Below the pieces are notes generated by a model. The model ran no database searches. It had not been told where the DNA came from and was given only the letters and a program-made list of their open reading frames with translations. The translations under genes and the position numbers were made by a program. This document shows, one piece after another, positions 23,935 through 32,582 of a stretch of 64,000 bases of DNA; within the stretch, counting starts at the first letter, position 1, and each line of letters opens with the position of its first letter. The DNA lies in the NCBI RefSeq assembly GCF_055900595.2, contig NZ_CM148325.1. One strand, 5' to 3'.

Positions 23935-24278
23935 AGGCGGATCTTCCCGCTACTGGCGGTGTGGCGGGCGTCACCGTCGTGACGCTGATAACTAAAGCTC
24001 AGAATCTGGCGTTCTTCCTGCCAGCTAAGCGTGAGTGTGACGCGGTTATCCGGCAGCAATGGAGCCTGGAATTTGATGTTCTGAATGGAGTGAAAACGCC
24101 AACCGGGCGCGAGCAGGGCAAGCGCGTAACTCATCGCCCAGTCGATTTGCGCCACGCCAGGGAGTAATGGTTGTACGGCAAAATGACCGCGAAACCAGAA
24201 CAGATCTGCCCTGAGATGCAAAACAATCTCAAGGTGATTCACTTGTGCCTGATGGCGCTCGATTTCATGGGGCTTCAT
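23925..24278 (-). CDS. apeI: FabZ-like 3-hydroxyacyl-ACP dehydratase (ApeI-like)
   Basis: Hot-dog dehydratase motif FRGHFAVQPLLPGV. ATG at 24278 preferred over the track GTG at 24308, which would overlap apeH by 44 nt. Confidence 0.75.
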   Translation of the reverse strand: MKPHEIERHQAQVNHLEIVLHLRADLFWFRGHFAVQPLLPGVAQIDWAMSYALALLAPGWRFHSIQNIKFQAPLLPDNRVTLTLSWQEERQILSFSYQRHDGDARHTASSGKIRLCR

Positions 24279-25626
24279 GAAATAACTCCTGTAATTGCGC
24301 ATAGACACGCTTGTTCATACTGTTTACTGGCATTTCATCAATAACGCGCCAGTAACGCGGAATAGCAACTGGCTCCAGCGTCGGGCGCAGTAATCGCCGC
24401 CAGGCCATTTCCTGGCTGTGCCCGCCGCCGTTTTGCCATTGCAGGCGAGCTTCGTCATCCAGCACCAGCAAAACGCCAATACTCTGACGTCCGCCGCGCG
24501 TAACGGGAACTGCCGCCGCCTCGCGAATACCGTCCAGCGCCAGCAGACGTTGTTCTACTTCCTGGAGTGAAATACGTTTTTCTTCAATCTTAACGATGCG
24601 CCCACGACGCCCCATCAGATGGAACTGACCGTCCTGGCTAAACTGCAAGAGATCATCGAGTAACAGGCCGTTATCTTCCGCTATCAGCGGTGAAAAGAGG
24701 CGAAATGCTTCACCTTCGGCCTGGAACTGCACACCTGGGAAGGGTAGCCAGCGGCGTTGCTCTTGTTCGCGGTAACGCCAGGCGATGACGCCGGTTTCCG
24801 TGCTGCCGTAGATTTCATCAGGCCAGACGCGCAGCCAGCTCGCGGTATATTGTACGTCCTGCCACGGCAGCTCACCGCCAGCAGAGAGAAGCACCTGAAC
24901 GGGCGGCGGAGAAAGCTGGGTATCCAGCCGTTTCAAAAATGCCGGGCTGCTGATGAAGATATAGCGATGCTGGTGACTCAATGCGGCAAACTGTTCGACA
25001 TACCAGAGCATGGCGGCGTGCAGCGGTAATCCCAGCGCCATTGGCAGGAAAACGCGAAAAGTCAGGCCGTACAAATGCTGCGGCAATACGGAACCGACGA
25101 CACGACATCCGGCAAGACGTGCGCCTAATCGTTCAGCCAGCAGTTCTGCTTCACGGTCCAGCAAATGAACAGGTTTAATTACCCGCTTTGGCTGCCCCGT
25201 AGAACCGGAGGTAAACAGCTCGATATAAGCGTCTGGCGCTATAGCGGCAAAGGTGAATGATTGTGTCGCGACTTGTGGGGAGCTTGCTACCAACAGCAAT
25301 GAACCTTGCCAGTTAAGTTCGCTGTCGCTAAGCACACCATCGAACAGTTCACGTTGCTCGTTAAGCTGGATGACGCGGTTATGCCCCGGAAGCACCGGTG
25401 TTTTTCCGGCGTGTAGCGTGGCGAGCAGGGCAACGATAAACAGATAGCAGTCCTCAAAGCACAGCGCCCAGCGTTCACCTGGTTGTTGCTGTAAACGGCA
25501 GATAAGTTGCGAGACATCGTGACGCAAATCGCCCAGCGTCCAGGTGCTTTCGTCCAGCCACGCAATGGGCGTGTCATCAGGGCGTGGCGCAGTCAGCCAG
25601 CGTGCAAGCGGTAAGGTCTGCTTCAT
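24265..25626 (-). CDS. apeH: AMP-dependent acyl/aryl ligase (adenylate-forming; ApeH-like)
   Basis: Adenylation P-loop FTSGSTGQPKRV. ATG at 25624..25626 forms an ATGA overlap with the apeG stop; the track start 25665 is an extension. Confidence 0.8.
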   Translation of the reverse strand: MKQTLPLARWLTAPRPDDTPIAWLDESTWTLGDLRHDVSQLICRLQQQPGERWALCFEDCYLFIVALLATLHAGKTPVLPGHNRVIQLNEQRELFDGVLSDSELNWQGSLLLVASSPQVATQSFTFAAIAPDAYIELFTSGSTGQPKRVIKPVHLLDREAELLAERLGARLAGCRVVGSVLPQHLYGLTFRVFLPMALGLPLHAAMLWYVEQFAALSHQHRYIFISSPAFLKRLDTQLSPPPVQVLLSAGGELPWQDVQYTASWLRVWPDEIYGSTETGVIAWRYREQEQRRWLPFPGVQFQAEGEAFRLFSPLIAEDNGLLLDDLLQFSQDGQFHLMGRRGRIVKIEEKRISLQEVEQRLLALDGIREAAAVPVTRGGRQSIGVLLVLDDEARLQWQNGGGHSQEMAWRRLLRPTLEPVAIPRYWRVIDEMPVNSMNKRVYAQLQELFHEAP

Positions 25627-26204
25627 GAGCGATCTCTTTTCATCACCTGACGGCGCACCAGCCATTCACCAGCCATTAACGTCCCCATCAACAAATAAGC
25701 AATCATGCCGTTCCAGGCAGTCCATAACGACATATCGCCATGCAGCGCGGTAAAGAGGGCAATTCCGCCGTTGATGATGAAAAAGCCGCACCAGATTTGC
25801 GTGACGTGGCGGGTATAGCGCACGCCCTTTTCCGGGAGGTCTGGCTCCTGCAAACGCGCCAGCCGCTCAACAATTGGCATTGCCGACCACAGCGAACCGC
25901 CAAAAACCGCCAGCATTACCGCGTTAACCACTACCGGGTAAAACAGCAGTAGCTGGTGCGTTTTCAACAGAAAGCTGGCGACACACAAGGCGATACCCAC
26001 GACAGCGACGATTTGTGTGACGGCTTGTAGCGGCTCGGCCTGGCAACGAGTCTGGCGCAGGCGCAATAAAAGCAGCAGCGCCATCAGCGGCAACAGCCAG
26101 TGCAGGCCGTTATGTGCCAAACCAAGCCAAATCACAAACGGCCAGGCGAGCAGTAATAATCCGGTCAGCAGTTTAATAATCGGTAGCGAGCGAATGCCCG
26201 ACAT
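25623..26204 (-). CDS. apeG: polytopic inner-membrane protein of unknown function (ApeG-like)
   Basis: 193 aa, about five hydrophobic helices; ATG 26202..26204. Confidence 0.65.
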   Translation of the reverse strand: MSGIRSLPIIKLLTGLLLLAWPFVIWLGLAHNGLHWLLPLMALLLLLRLRQTRCQAEPLQAVTQIVAVVGIALCVASFLLKTHQLLLFYPVVVNAVMLAVFGGSLWSAMPIVERLARLQEPDLPEKGVRYTRHVTQIWCGFFIINGGIALFTALHGDMSLWTAWNGMIAYLLMGTLMAGEWLVRRQVMKRDRS

Positions 26205-26208
26205 CAGA

Positions 26209-26460
26209 TCAGGCTTCTTGTAGCAGGCGTTCTACGGCCTCTACGACATCCTGGACTGTACGCACTGCTTTAAACTCTTCCGGCTTGATTTTCTTACCGG
26301 TTTTCTTTTGCAGATGCACAATCATGTCAACGGCGTCGATGCTGTCCAGTTCCAGATCTTCGTACAGGCGCGCTTCAGGTTTGATGTCCTGCGGATCGAT
26401 TTCAAACAGCTTAACCAGCAGAGCTGAGACTTCCTGATAGACGGTTTGTTGTTCTGTCAT
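26209..26460 (-). CDS. apeF: acyl carrier protein (ApeF-like)
   Basis: Pantetheine attachment motif LELDSIDAVDM. ATG at 26460 (MTEQQ...) or the track GTG at 26475. Confidence 0.8.
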   Translation of the reverse strand: MTEQQTVYQEVSALLVKLFEIDPQDIKPEARLYEDLELDSIDAVDMIVHLQKKTGKKIKPEEFKAVRTVQDVVEAVERLLQEA

Positions 26461-26471
26461 GATGGCTTTCC

Positions 26472-26729
26472 TCACGCACGTTGTGCAGCAATAAAAGAGG
26501 CCAGAGTGGCGACAGAGAAAAAGTGCTGACGCATCTCTTCACTTTCCGCAGAAAGTACAACGCCATATTCATTTTTTACTGCCAGCCCCAGTTCCAGGGC
26601 ATCGATGGAATCCAGCCCTAAACCGTCGCCGAACAGCGGCGCATCGGTCTCGATATCATCAGGAGTCAACTCGTCCAGATTGAGGGTGCTGATGATGAGG
26701 TTTTTAATTTCCAGATAAAGCGCTTGCAT
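26472..26729 (-). CDS. apeE: acyl carrier protein (ApeE-like)
   Basis: 85 aa; LGLDSIDALEL motif; ATG 26727..26729. Confidence 0.8.
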   Translation of the reverse strand: MQALYLEIKNLIISTLNLDELTPDDIETDAPLFGDGLGLDSIDALELGLAVKNEYGVVLSAESEEMRQHFFSVATLASFIAAQRA

Positions 26730-27525
26730 TATTTATTCCTGAGAGAGGTAAACAACCTTGTTGTAATTGAAGCAAAAGATGCCGGTTTAACTGCCTTGCT
26801 GCCAGCGCCGGTTCTTGTGAAGTTGCAACGTAAAATTTATTGATTTCAACCCGATCATGGACTTCAACCGTAAAAAACGGCCTGGCAGGTGGAACGTCAT
26901 ACCATTTACTTTGTTTATCCAGCAGATGCTCGCTACAGCCGATCGTCACGATGCGTAAATCGCTGGCACAGCGCACGGCAATATTCGCCGCCCCGCGCTG
27001 CAGCGTCATTTTTTCACCGGGCTTCGTTCGCGTGCCTTCGGGGAAAATCAAGATAGTGTCGCCCTGTGCCAGTCGCTGTTGGCAGCGGGGTAACAGGGTT
27101 TCAGCTTCGCTGTTGATTAAATAATCTGCCGCCCGCACAACGCCGCCAAGAAAAGGATTTTTTAACAGCGCGCTTTTCACCAGGCAGTCAGTTTCTGGCA
27201 TGACTGACGCCAGCAGTACGTAATCGATAAGCGTGGGATGATTAGCTACGACGAGGCAACCGCGTTCCTGACGTAAAATTTCAGCGCCATCAATACGATA
27301 ATCCAGCACGCCAAGCCCTTTCGCGACAGTTAAAAACAGGCGAAAACTGGCGGCAATGCTGCGACGCGCCAAACGACGGCGGCGGGAAGTATCCCACACC
27401 AAAACTAACAATATGTTAAACCACACGACAGAAAGCAGCAGGCCGCCGAGACCAAACAGGGCAAAACACAACCCGGTCATAACCAGTCGCCATGTCCATT
27501 CCAGGCGTGACATCAGCTTACTCAT
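26704..27525 (-). CDS. apeD: PlsC-like lysophospholipid acyltransferase (ApeD-like)
   Basis: 273 aa; N-terminal TM anchor; HX4D acyltransferase motif NHPTLID; ATGA overlap with the apeC stop. Confidence 0.75.
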   Translation of the reverse strand: MSKLMSRLEWTWRLVMTGLCFALFGLGGLLLSVVWFNILLVLVWDTSRRRRLARRSIAASFRLFLTVAKGLGVLDYRIDGAEILRQERGCLVVANHPTLIDYVLLASVMPETDCLVKSALLKNPFLGGVVRAADYLINSEAETLLPRCQQRLAQGDTILIFPEGTRTKPGEKMTLQRGAANIAVRCASDLRIVTIGCSEHLLDKQSKWYDVPPARPFFTVEVHDRVEINKFYVATSQEPALAARQLNRHLLLQLQQGCLPLSGINNASALSGN

Positions 27526-28244
27526 CTACGGCTCCAGCGCCACTGTACGCGCTCACCAGGAAGTGAAAAAGCATCTGAATTTTGTAAATAGTGCTGTAAA
27601 AACAACATGCTTTGCGGCAGTGTTGTTTCATTGCCCGCAATGGCTGGCTGTGTTTCACATTGCCACTCATCGCCAGCTTCAATCACCAGCGCAACAGCAT
27701 ATGGCCAGGTCGGCATTTCTGCTGGGAGCTGCGGATGATAGAACTCAGGTAGAAAGCCATCAAAATCGACCATCAACACGCGCTGGTATCCCGCTTGTAA
27801 CAGGCTAAGCACTTCACACAAACCTTGCTGGAAAGTGTCGCGACCAGCCGAAAGCGATGAGGAAACGATCGGTTGTTTGGCCGCAATGGTCAGGTTACCC
27901 ACGGAAGAGTTGTGTACGGAGAGCGCGAAGTCCGTCGGAGAGAGCGCCTGTTCGGTTGCCAGTGCATGAACAATGCGGTAATTGCGCTCCAGCTCGCCAT
28001 GACGACTGGTATACAAAACGGCGTCTGGCTGATGGTGGCGTAGCATTGCCAGACCGCACTCCACGGCCAGTTTGCTGCCAGAACTGAGACGGCGGGCGGT
28101 CATCATTGGCAGTTCACTTAATTTTGCCAACGGTGCGGCAGGGTCAACCGCCCACGGCTGGCGCGACCATGCTTGCCATTGCTGGGCTTCGCTAAGTCCA
28201 GGCGCCAGTGCCTTCCAGTCGGTAATATTTAATGTAAATTTCAT
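27522..28244 (-). CDS. apeC: truncated KS-like protein lacking the active-site Cys motif; chain-length-factor-like partner (ApeC-like)
   Basis: About 240 aa with no TACSS-type motif. ATG at 28244 (MKFTLNI...) preferred over the track TTG at 28268. Confidence 0.6.
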   Translation of the reverse strand: MKFTLNITDWKALAPGLSEAQQWQAWSRQPWAVDPAAPLAKLSELPMMTARRLSSGSKLAVECGLAMLRHHQPDAVLYTSRHGELERNYRIVHALATEQALSPTDFALSVHNSSVGNLTIAAKQPIVSSSLSAGRDTFQQGLCEVLSLLQAGYQRVLMVDFDGFLPEFYHPQLPAEMPTWPYAVALVIEAGDEWQCETQPAIAGNETTLPQSMLFLQHYLQNSDAFSLPGERVQWRWSRR

Positions 28245-28284
28245 CAACGCGCGCCCGCGGTAAACCAAAATTATTAAGTGACGA

Positions 28285-29343
28285 TTATTTCTTTTGGCAT
28301 ATCAATAATGTATGCCCAACGCCTAAATTATCGTGGCGCTCTGCTACCTGAAATCCTGCTTTATTCAGATAGTCGTAAAATTTCTCTGCGCTATAGAAAC
28401 GGCTGTTACCGTTTGCCATGCAGGTAAAATAAAGTGAGGACGCGTTCAGGCTAAATGATGCTGCTTCAAACCGCTGCGCATCCCAGAACAACTCCATGAT
28501 GCAAACTTTTGCGCCAGGCTTCATTACGCTGGCGATTTTGCTGAGTATGCTAATTATTTGTTCGGGTGAAAAACAGTCTAAAAATTGGCTCATCCACCAG
28601 ATATCAGCCTCGCCCGGTAATGGGGCATCGCTTAGCATATCCACCGCATGGAAATCTATGCGATCAGAAAAACCTGCATTCGCGATATTTTCTTTCGCTA
28701 GTACGATTTGTTGTGGCAGATCTAATAACGTCACGGCGATGTTTTCATTGTATTTGCAGCAACGCAAAGCCCACTTACCCGTATTGCCGCCTACATCGTA
28801 CAATGTTGTGGGGTTGTTGGCGAATACATAAGGCAGTGCGGCGTTAAATGCGCCATCTGAATAGTAATGATCAAACGCAAACCAGCTTTCACGAGCGGCA
28901 TCTGGTAATTGTGAAAGTGCGGGATATATCGTCGACCAGTCGCCAAATACTTTTAACCCGGACGGTTTTCCTTCATTGAGTGAATCGGCGAGGAAGAAGA
29001 GCCCCTGATAGCAGACATCCTGGGTGAAATCCATATTCACGCGAGTCATAGTGTCATGCAGGAGGTAATGACCGATTTTCGCCAGGTAATACATTCCCTC
29101 TTTACAGGTAATAATTCGCCCGCTTAAGCCCATATCTAACAGAACGCTGGCCGCATATTCGTTGATATGGCTATGTTCGGTGATATCAGCCAGCGTTGCG
29201 CCATGTTTGCCTTGCCGATCCAGATATGAAAGTACACCCGCATTACGTAGGCAGAGAGCTGTTTGAAAAAGCATGGGGGCAAAGGCAATGCGTTGAGCTT
29301 CGGTAATCGCATCCAGTGCGCTAAGAGAATCCTGTTCGTACAT
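28285..29343 (-). CDS. apeB: SAM-dependent methyltransferase, probably O-methyltransferase (ApeB-like)
   Basis: SAM-binding motif LYDVGGNTG; ATG at 29343 (MYEQ...) or the track GTG at 29352. Confidence 0.75.
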   Translation of the reverse strand: MYEQDSLSALDAITEAQRIAFAPMLFQTALCLRNAGVLSYLDRQGKHGATLADITEHSHINEYAASVLLDMGLSGRIITCKEGMYYLAKIGHYLLHDTMTRVNMDFTQDVCYQGLFFLADSLNEGKPSGLKVFGDWSTIYPALSQLPDAARESWFAFDHYYSDGAFNAALPYVFANNPTTLYDVGGNTGKWALRCCKYNENIAVTLLDLPQQIVLAKENIANAGFSDRIDFHAVDMLSDAPLPGEADIWWMSQFLDCFSPEQIISILSKIASVMKPGAKVCIMELFWDAQRFEAASFSLNASSLYFTCMANGNSRFYSAEKFYDYLNKAGFQVAERHDNLGVGHTLLICQKK

Positions 29344-29411
29344 GTTGGGCACAACCTGTTAAGAGGGAATTAAATTATTATCGGACCGAAGCGGCCCGAC
29401 TTTAGGGGAAA

Positions 29412-29801
29412 TTACAAATCTGCGCCAGCCGACAAATTCAGTTGAATATCTTTGTCGAGATTGCGGACCCAGCGATTATAGTTTTTATGAATTTGTCCGC
29501 CTGATGCTTGCAGGTTCTGACTATTTTCATAATTGATATCGTAGCTGGATGCCGTGTAGTTAATGCGAATTTCGGCTGAATGATCGCGTGACTGTTGACG
29601 TGCTTTAATTACGCCTTGTCCGGCTTCGGACATAATCCATTTGCGTTCAACGCCAGCTTTCAGAATCGCTTTTTTCACTTGTTCCTGGGTATGACCAGCG
29701 CTGACGGTTGAGTGAACCTGATCAATTGGCGCAGTACGCGCGCAACCCGCTAAAGCACCCACAACAGCAATAGCCGCAAACCATTTCATGTAATGTCTCA
29801 T
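29412..29801 (-). CDS. small lipoprotein of unknown function at the island edge
   Basis: 129 aa; signal peptide and lipobox (AVVGALAGC); start ATG at 29801 or 29789; candidate hairpin terminator just downstream. Confidence 0.55.
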   Translation of the reverse strand: MRHYMKWFAAIAVVGALAGCARTAPIDQVHSTVSAGHTQEQVKKAILKAGVERKWIMSEAGQGVIKARQQSRDHSAEIRINYTASSYDINYENSQNLQASGGQIHKNYNRWVRNLDKDIQLNLSAGADL

Positions 29802-30130
29802 TAGAATCCCATTAAAGTATTGTTTTTACGAGTAAAGCAAGATTTAACTGTAATTGCTGGCATCACTATTCTTTATTTAGCGAAAAAATTACTTGTGAGA
29901 TAAGTCAGTAAGTGCACATCAGAGTAAAAATTTCTGAAATGACTAAATTACTGCCAGCGGGGACCAACTATAAGTGAGTGAGAAAAATGAGGCAATAAAA
30001 ATAACAGATTGTTATCAGTGCATTCTTTGAGAGGGATTTAATCGCTATTCGGCGTTTATATATATTTGACTTAAGGAATGGTTTTTATAAATTAATTGTC
30101 TGAATAATGTTTCTTCATTTCCTCAAATCA
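29802..30130 (-). promoter_or_regulatory. AT-rich intergenic region, candidate promoter/regulatory region for the island
   Basis: About 330 bp of markedly AT-rich, stop-dense sequence upstream of the minus-strand island genes; no specific sites identified. Confidence 0.3.
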
Positions 30131-30160
30131 AATGGCCACTGTTAGATAAACGGTGGCCAT
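30131..30160 (-). terminator. perfect 9-bp inverted repeat 3' of yhhT; possible terminator or binding site
   Basis: AATGGCCAC-N12-GTGGCCATT, 20 bp past the yhhT stop; only a weak U-run follows on the minus strand. Confidence 0.3.
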
Positions 30161-30180
30161 TGCCTGCTCAGGAGGTGCTA

Positions 30181-31230
30181 TTAACCCGGTAACCGACTTT
30201 TCGGTCTGCCCGGCCCCAGTAAGATCGCCAGTTTGCTACCGCCTTTGGTGGTTTCCATCCAGATTTTACACACGCTGGTTAATGGTACCGAAAGTAGCAT
30301 CCCTACCGGGCCGAGCAGCCATCCCCAAATTAACAATGAAAGAAATACCACCATGGTGGACATCCCCAGGCGATGGCCCATCATCCGTGGTTCTAAAATA
30401 TTGCCGATGACCATATGGACCACTAAAAACAATGCGCCGACCAGAATACATTCGTAAACGCCATTAAACAGCAGCACCTGAATCATTGGCGGTACGGCGG
30501 AAATTACCGCGCCGATATTGGGCACGTAGTTGAGCAAAAACGCCAGTACTGCCCACATCAGCGCAAACTGTACGCCCATTAGCGCCAGCCCCAGCCAGAC
30601 GATTACGCCTGTCCATAAACTTAGCAGTGTCTTCAATGCAAGATAGTGTGAAACACCTTTTAAGGCGCGGTGTAGTCCGGCGATGTGAATCTGTGGATTA
30701 TTCAACGCAAAACGCATTTTGTAGGGGACGTGGCGTACTTCAAACAGCATGAAAACTACGGTCATCACCAGCAAAAGCACGCTCGCCATTGCCCCGGAAA
30801 GCCCGGTCATTAGCGCCGTGGTGAAGGTAACCACTTTTTCCGAGTCCATCCGCTGCAGCATTCGCTCCGGCGACATATGCAAATTAAGAAAAGGCAACAT
30901 CTCCTGCAATTTAAAAAGTTTGCGCGTCAGCTCCTTATTAAACTTCGGCAGCATAGAGATGAATTCGTTAAACGATGCCGCCAGTACGCCGACCAGCGCA
31001 GTAAGCGCAATCAGCATCACCACGACCACAATTGTAATGGCAACGGGACGCTGAACACCGCGACGAATAAACCAGGTGACCAGTGGGTTGAGGACGATGG
31101 CAAAAAACAGCGCCAGTAACAGCTGCACAATGATATCTGCCGCTGCGTGAATGCCCGCGAGGATCACTACCAGCGAGGCCAGCTTGAGCAGAATGTGCAT
31201 GCCCGTTTTATCGGGTTGAGGGGTTTCCAT
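30181..31230 (-). CDS. yhhT: AI-2E family transporter YhhT
   Basis: In-frame ATG at 31228..31230 gives 349 aa (METPQPDKTG...); polytopic membrane protein. The track ORF is a 27-codon extension. Confidence 0.85.
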   Translation of the reverse strand: METPQPDKTGMHILLKLASLVVILAGIHAAADIIVQLLLALFFAIVLNPLVTWFIRRGVQRPVAITIVVVVMLIALTALVGVLAASFNEFISMLPKFNKELTRKLFKLQEMLPFLNLHMSPERMLQRMDSEKVVTFTTALMTGLSGAMASVLLLVMTVVFMLFEVRHVPYKMRFALNNPQIHIAGLHRALKGVSHYLALKTLLSLWTGVIVWLGLALMGVQFALMWAVLAFLLNYVPNIGAVISAVPPMIQVLLFNGVYECILVGALFLVVHMVIGNILEPRMMGHRLGMSTMVVFLSLLIWGWLLGPVGMLLSVPLTSVCKIWMETTKGGSKLAILLGPGRPKSRLPG

Positions 31231-31361
31231 TGGGGCTTCCTTGTGACTTTTTGTATTAAGTGTAGCGGGAGTCACGCCAGCAATATTCTGATTCTTACTG
31301 CTGATTTTCACGTCAGCACGTGGTAAAAATGAAACACTGTTGTAAAAATGTGGTGATCCTC

Positions 31362-32579
31362 ATGCCCGAACCCGTAGCCGAACCCGCGCTAAACGGATTG
31401 CGCCTGAATTTGCGCATTGTCTCCATTGTCATGTTTAACTTCGCCAGCTACCTCACCATCGGGTTGCCGCTCGCTGTATTACCGGGCTATGTCCATGATG
31501 TGATGGGCTTTAGCGCTTTCTGGGCAGGATTGGTTATCAGCCTGCAATATTTCGCCACCTTGCTGAGCCGCCCTCATGCCGGACGTTACGCCGATTTGCT
31601 GGGACCCAAAAAGATTGTCGTCTTCGGTTTATGCGGCTGCTTTTTGAGCGGTTTGGGGTATCTGACGGCAGGATTAACCGCCAGTCTGCCCGTCATCAGC
31701 CTGTTATTACTGTGCCTGGGGCGCGTGATCCTTGGGATTGGGCAAAGTTTTGCCGGAACGGGATCGACCCTATGGGGCGTTGGCGTGGTGGGTTCGCTGC
31801 ATATCGGGCGGGTGATTTCGTGGAACGGCATTGTCACTTACGGGGCGATGGCGATGGGTGCGCCGTTAGGTGTCGTGTTTTATCACTGGGGCGGCTTGCA
31901 GGCGTTAGCGTTAATCATTATGGGTGTGGCGCTGGTGGCCATTTTGTTAGCGATCCCGCGTCCGACGGTAAAAGCCAGTAAAGGCAAACCACTGCCGTTT
32001 CGCGCGGTGCTTGGGCGCGTCTGGTTATACGGCATGGCGCTGGCGTTGGCTTCTGCCGGATTTGGCGTTATCGCCACCTTTATCACATTGTTTTATGACG
32101 CTAAAGGCTGGGACGGTGCGGCTTTTGCGCTGACGCTGTTTAGCTGTGCATTTGTTGGAACGCGATTGTTATTCCCTAACGGCATAAATCGTATCGGCGG
32201 CTTAAATGTGGCGATGATTTGCTTTAGCGTTGAGATAATCGGCCTGCTACTGGTTGGCGTGGCGACTATGCCGTGGATGGCGAAAATCGGCGTCTTACTC
32301 GCGGGGGCGGGGTTTTCGCTGGTGTTCCCGGCATTGGGCGTAGTGGCGGTAAAAGCAGTGCCGCAGCAGAATCAGGGGGCGGCGCTGGCAACTTACACCG
32401 TATTTATGGATTTATCGCTTGGCGTGACCGGACCACTGGCTGGGCTGGTGATGAGTTGGGCGGGCGTCCCGGTGATTTATCTGGCGGCGGCGGGACTGGT
32501 CGCAATCGCGTTATTACTGACGTGGCGATTAAAAAAACGGCCTCCGGTGGAAGTACCTGAGGCCATCTCATCATCTTAA
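31362..32579 (+). CDS. yhhS: MFS transporter YhhS
   Basis: ATG at 31362 gives 405 aa (MPEPVAEP...); 12-TM MFS-like protein; the track start is GTG at 31320. Confidence 0.85.
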   Translation: MPEPVAEPALNGLRLNLRIVSIVMFNFASYLTIGLPLAVLPGYVHDVMGFSAFWAGLVISLQYFATLLSRPHAGRYADLLGPKKIVVFGLCGCFLSGLGYLTAGLTASLPVISLLLLCLGRVILGIGQSFAGTGSTLWGVGVVGSLHIGRVISWNGIVTYGAMAMGAPLGVVFYHWGGLQALALIIMGVALVAILLAIPRPTVKASKGKPLPFRAVLGRVWLYGMALALASAGFGVIATFITLFYDAKGWDGAAFALTLFSCAFVGTRLLFPNGINRIGGLNVAMICFSVEIIGLLLVGVATMPWMAKIGVLLAGAGFSLVFPALGVVAVKAVPQQNQGAALATYTVFMDLSLGVTGPLAGLVMSWAGVPVIYLAAAGLVAIALLLTWRLKKRPPVEVPEAISSS

Positions 32580-32582
32580 AAC

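Noticed and set aside
14776-29801. Calling the island a mobile element, prophage or integrative island
   Set aside because: No integrase, transposase, IS inverted repeats, tRNA or phage genes were seen within or at the borders; annotated as a biosynthetic cluster instead.
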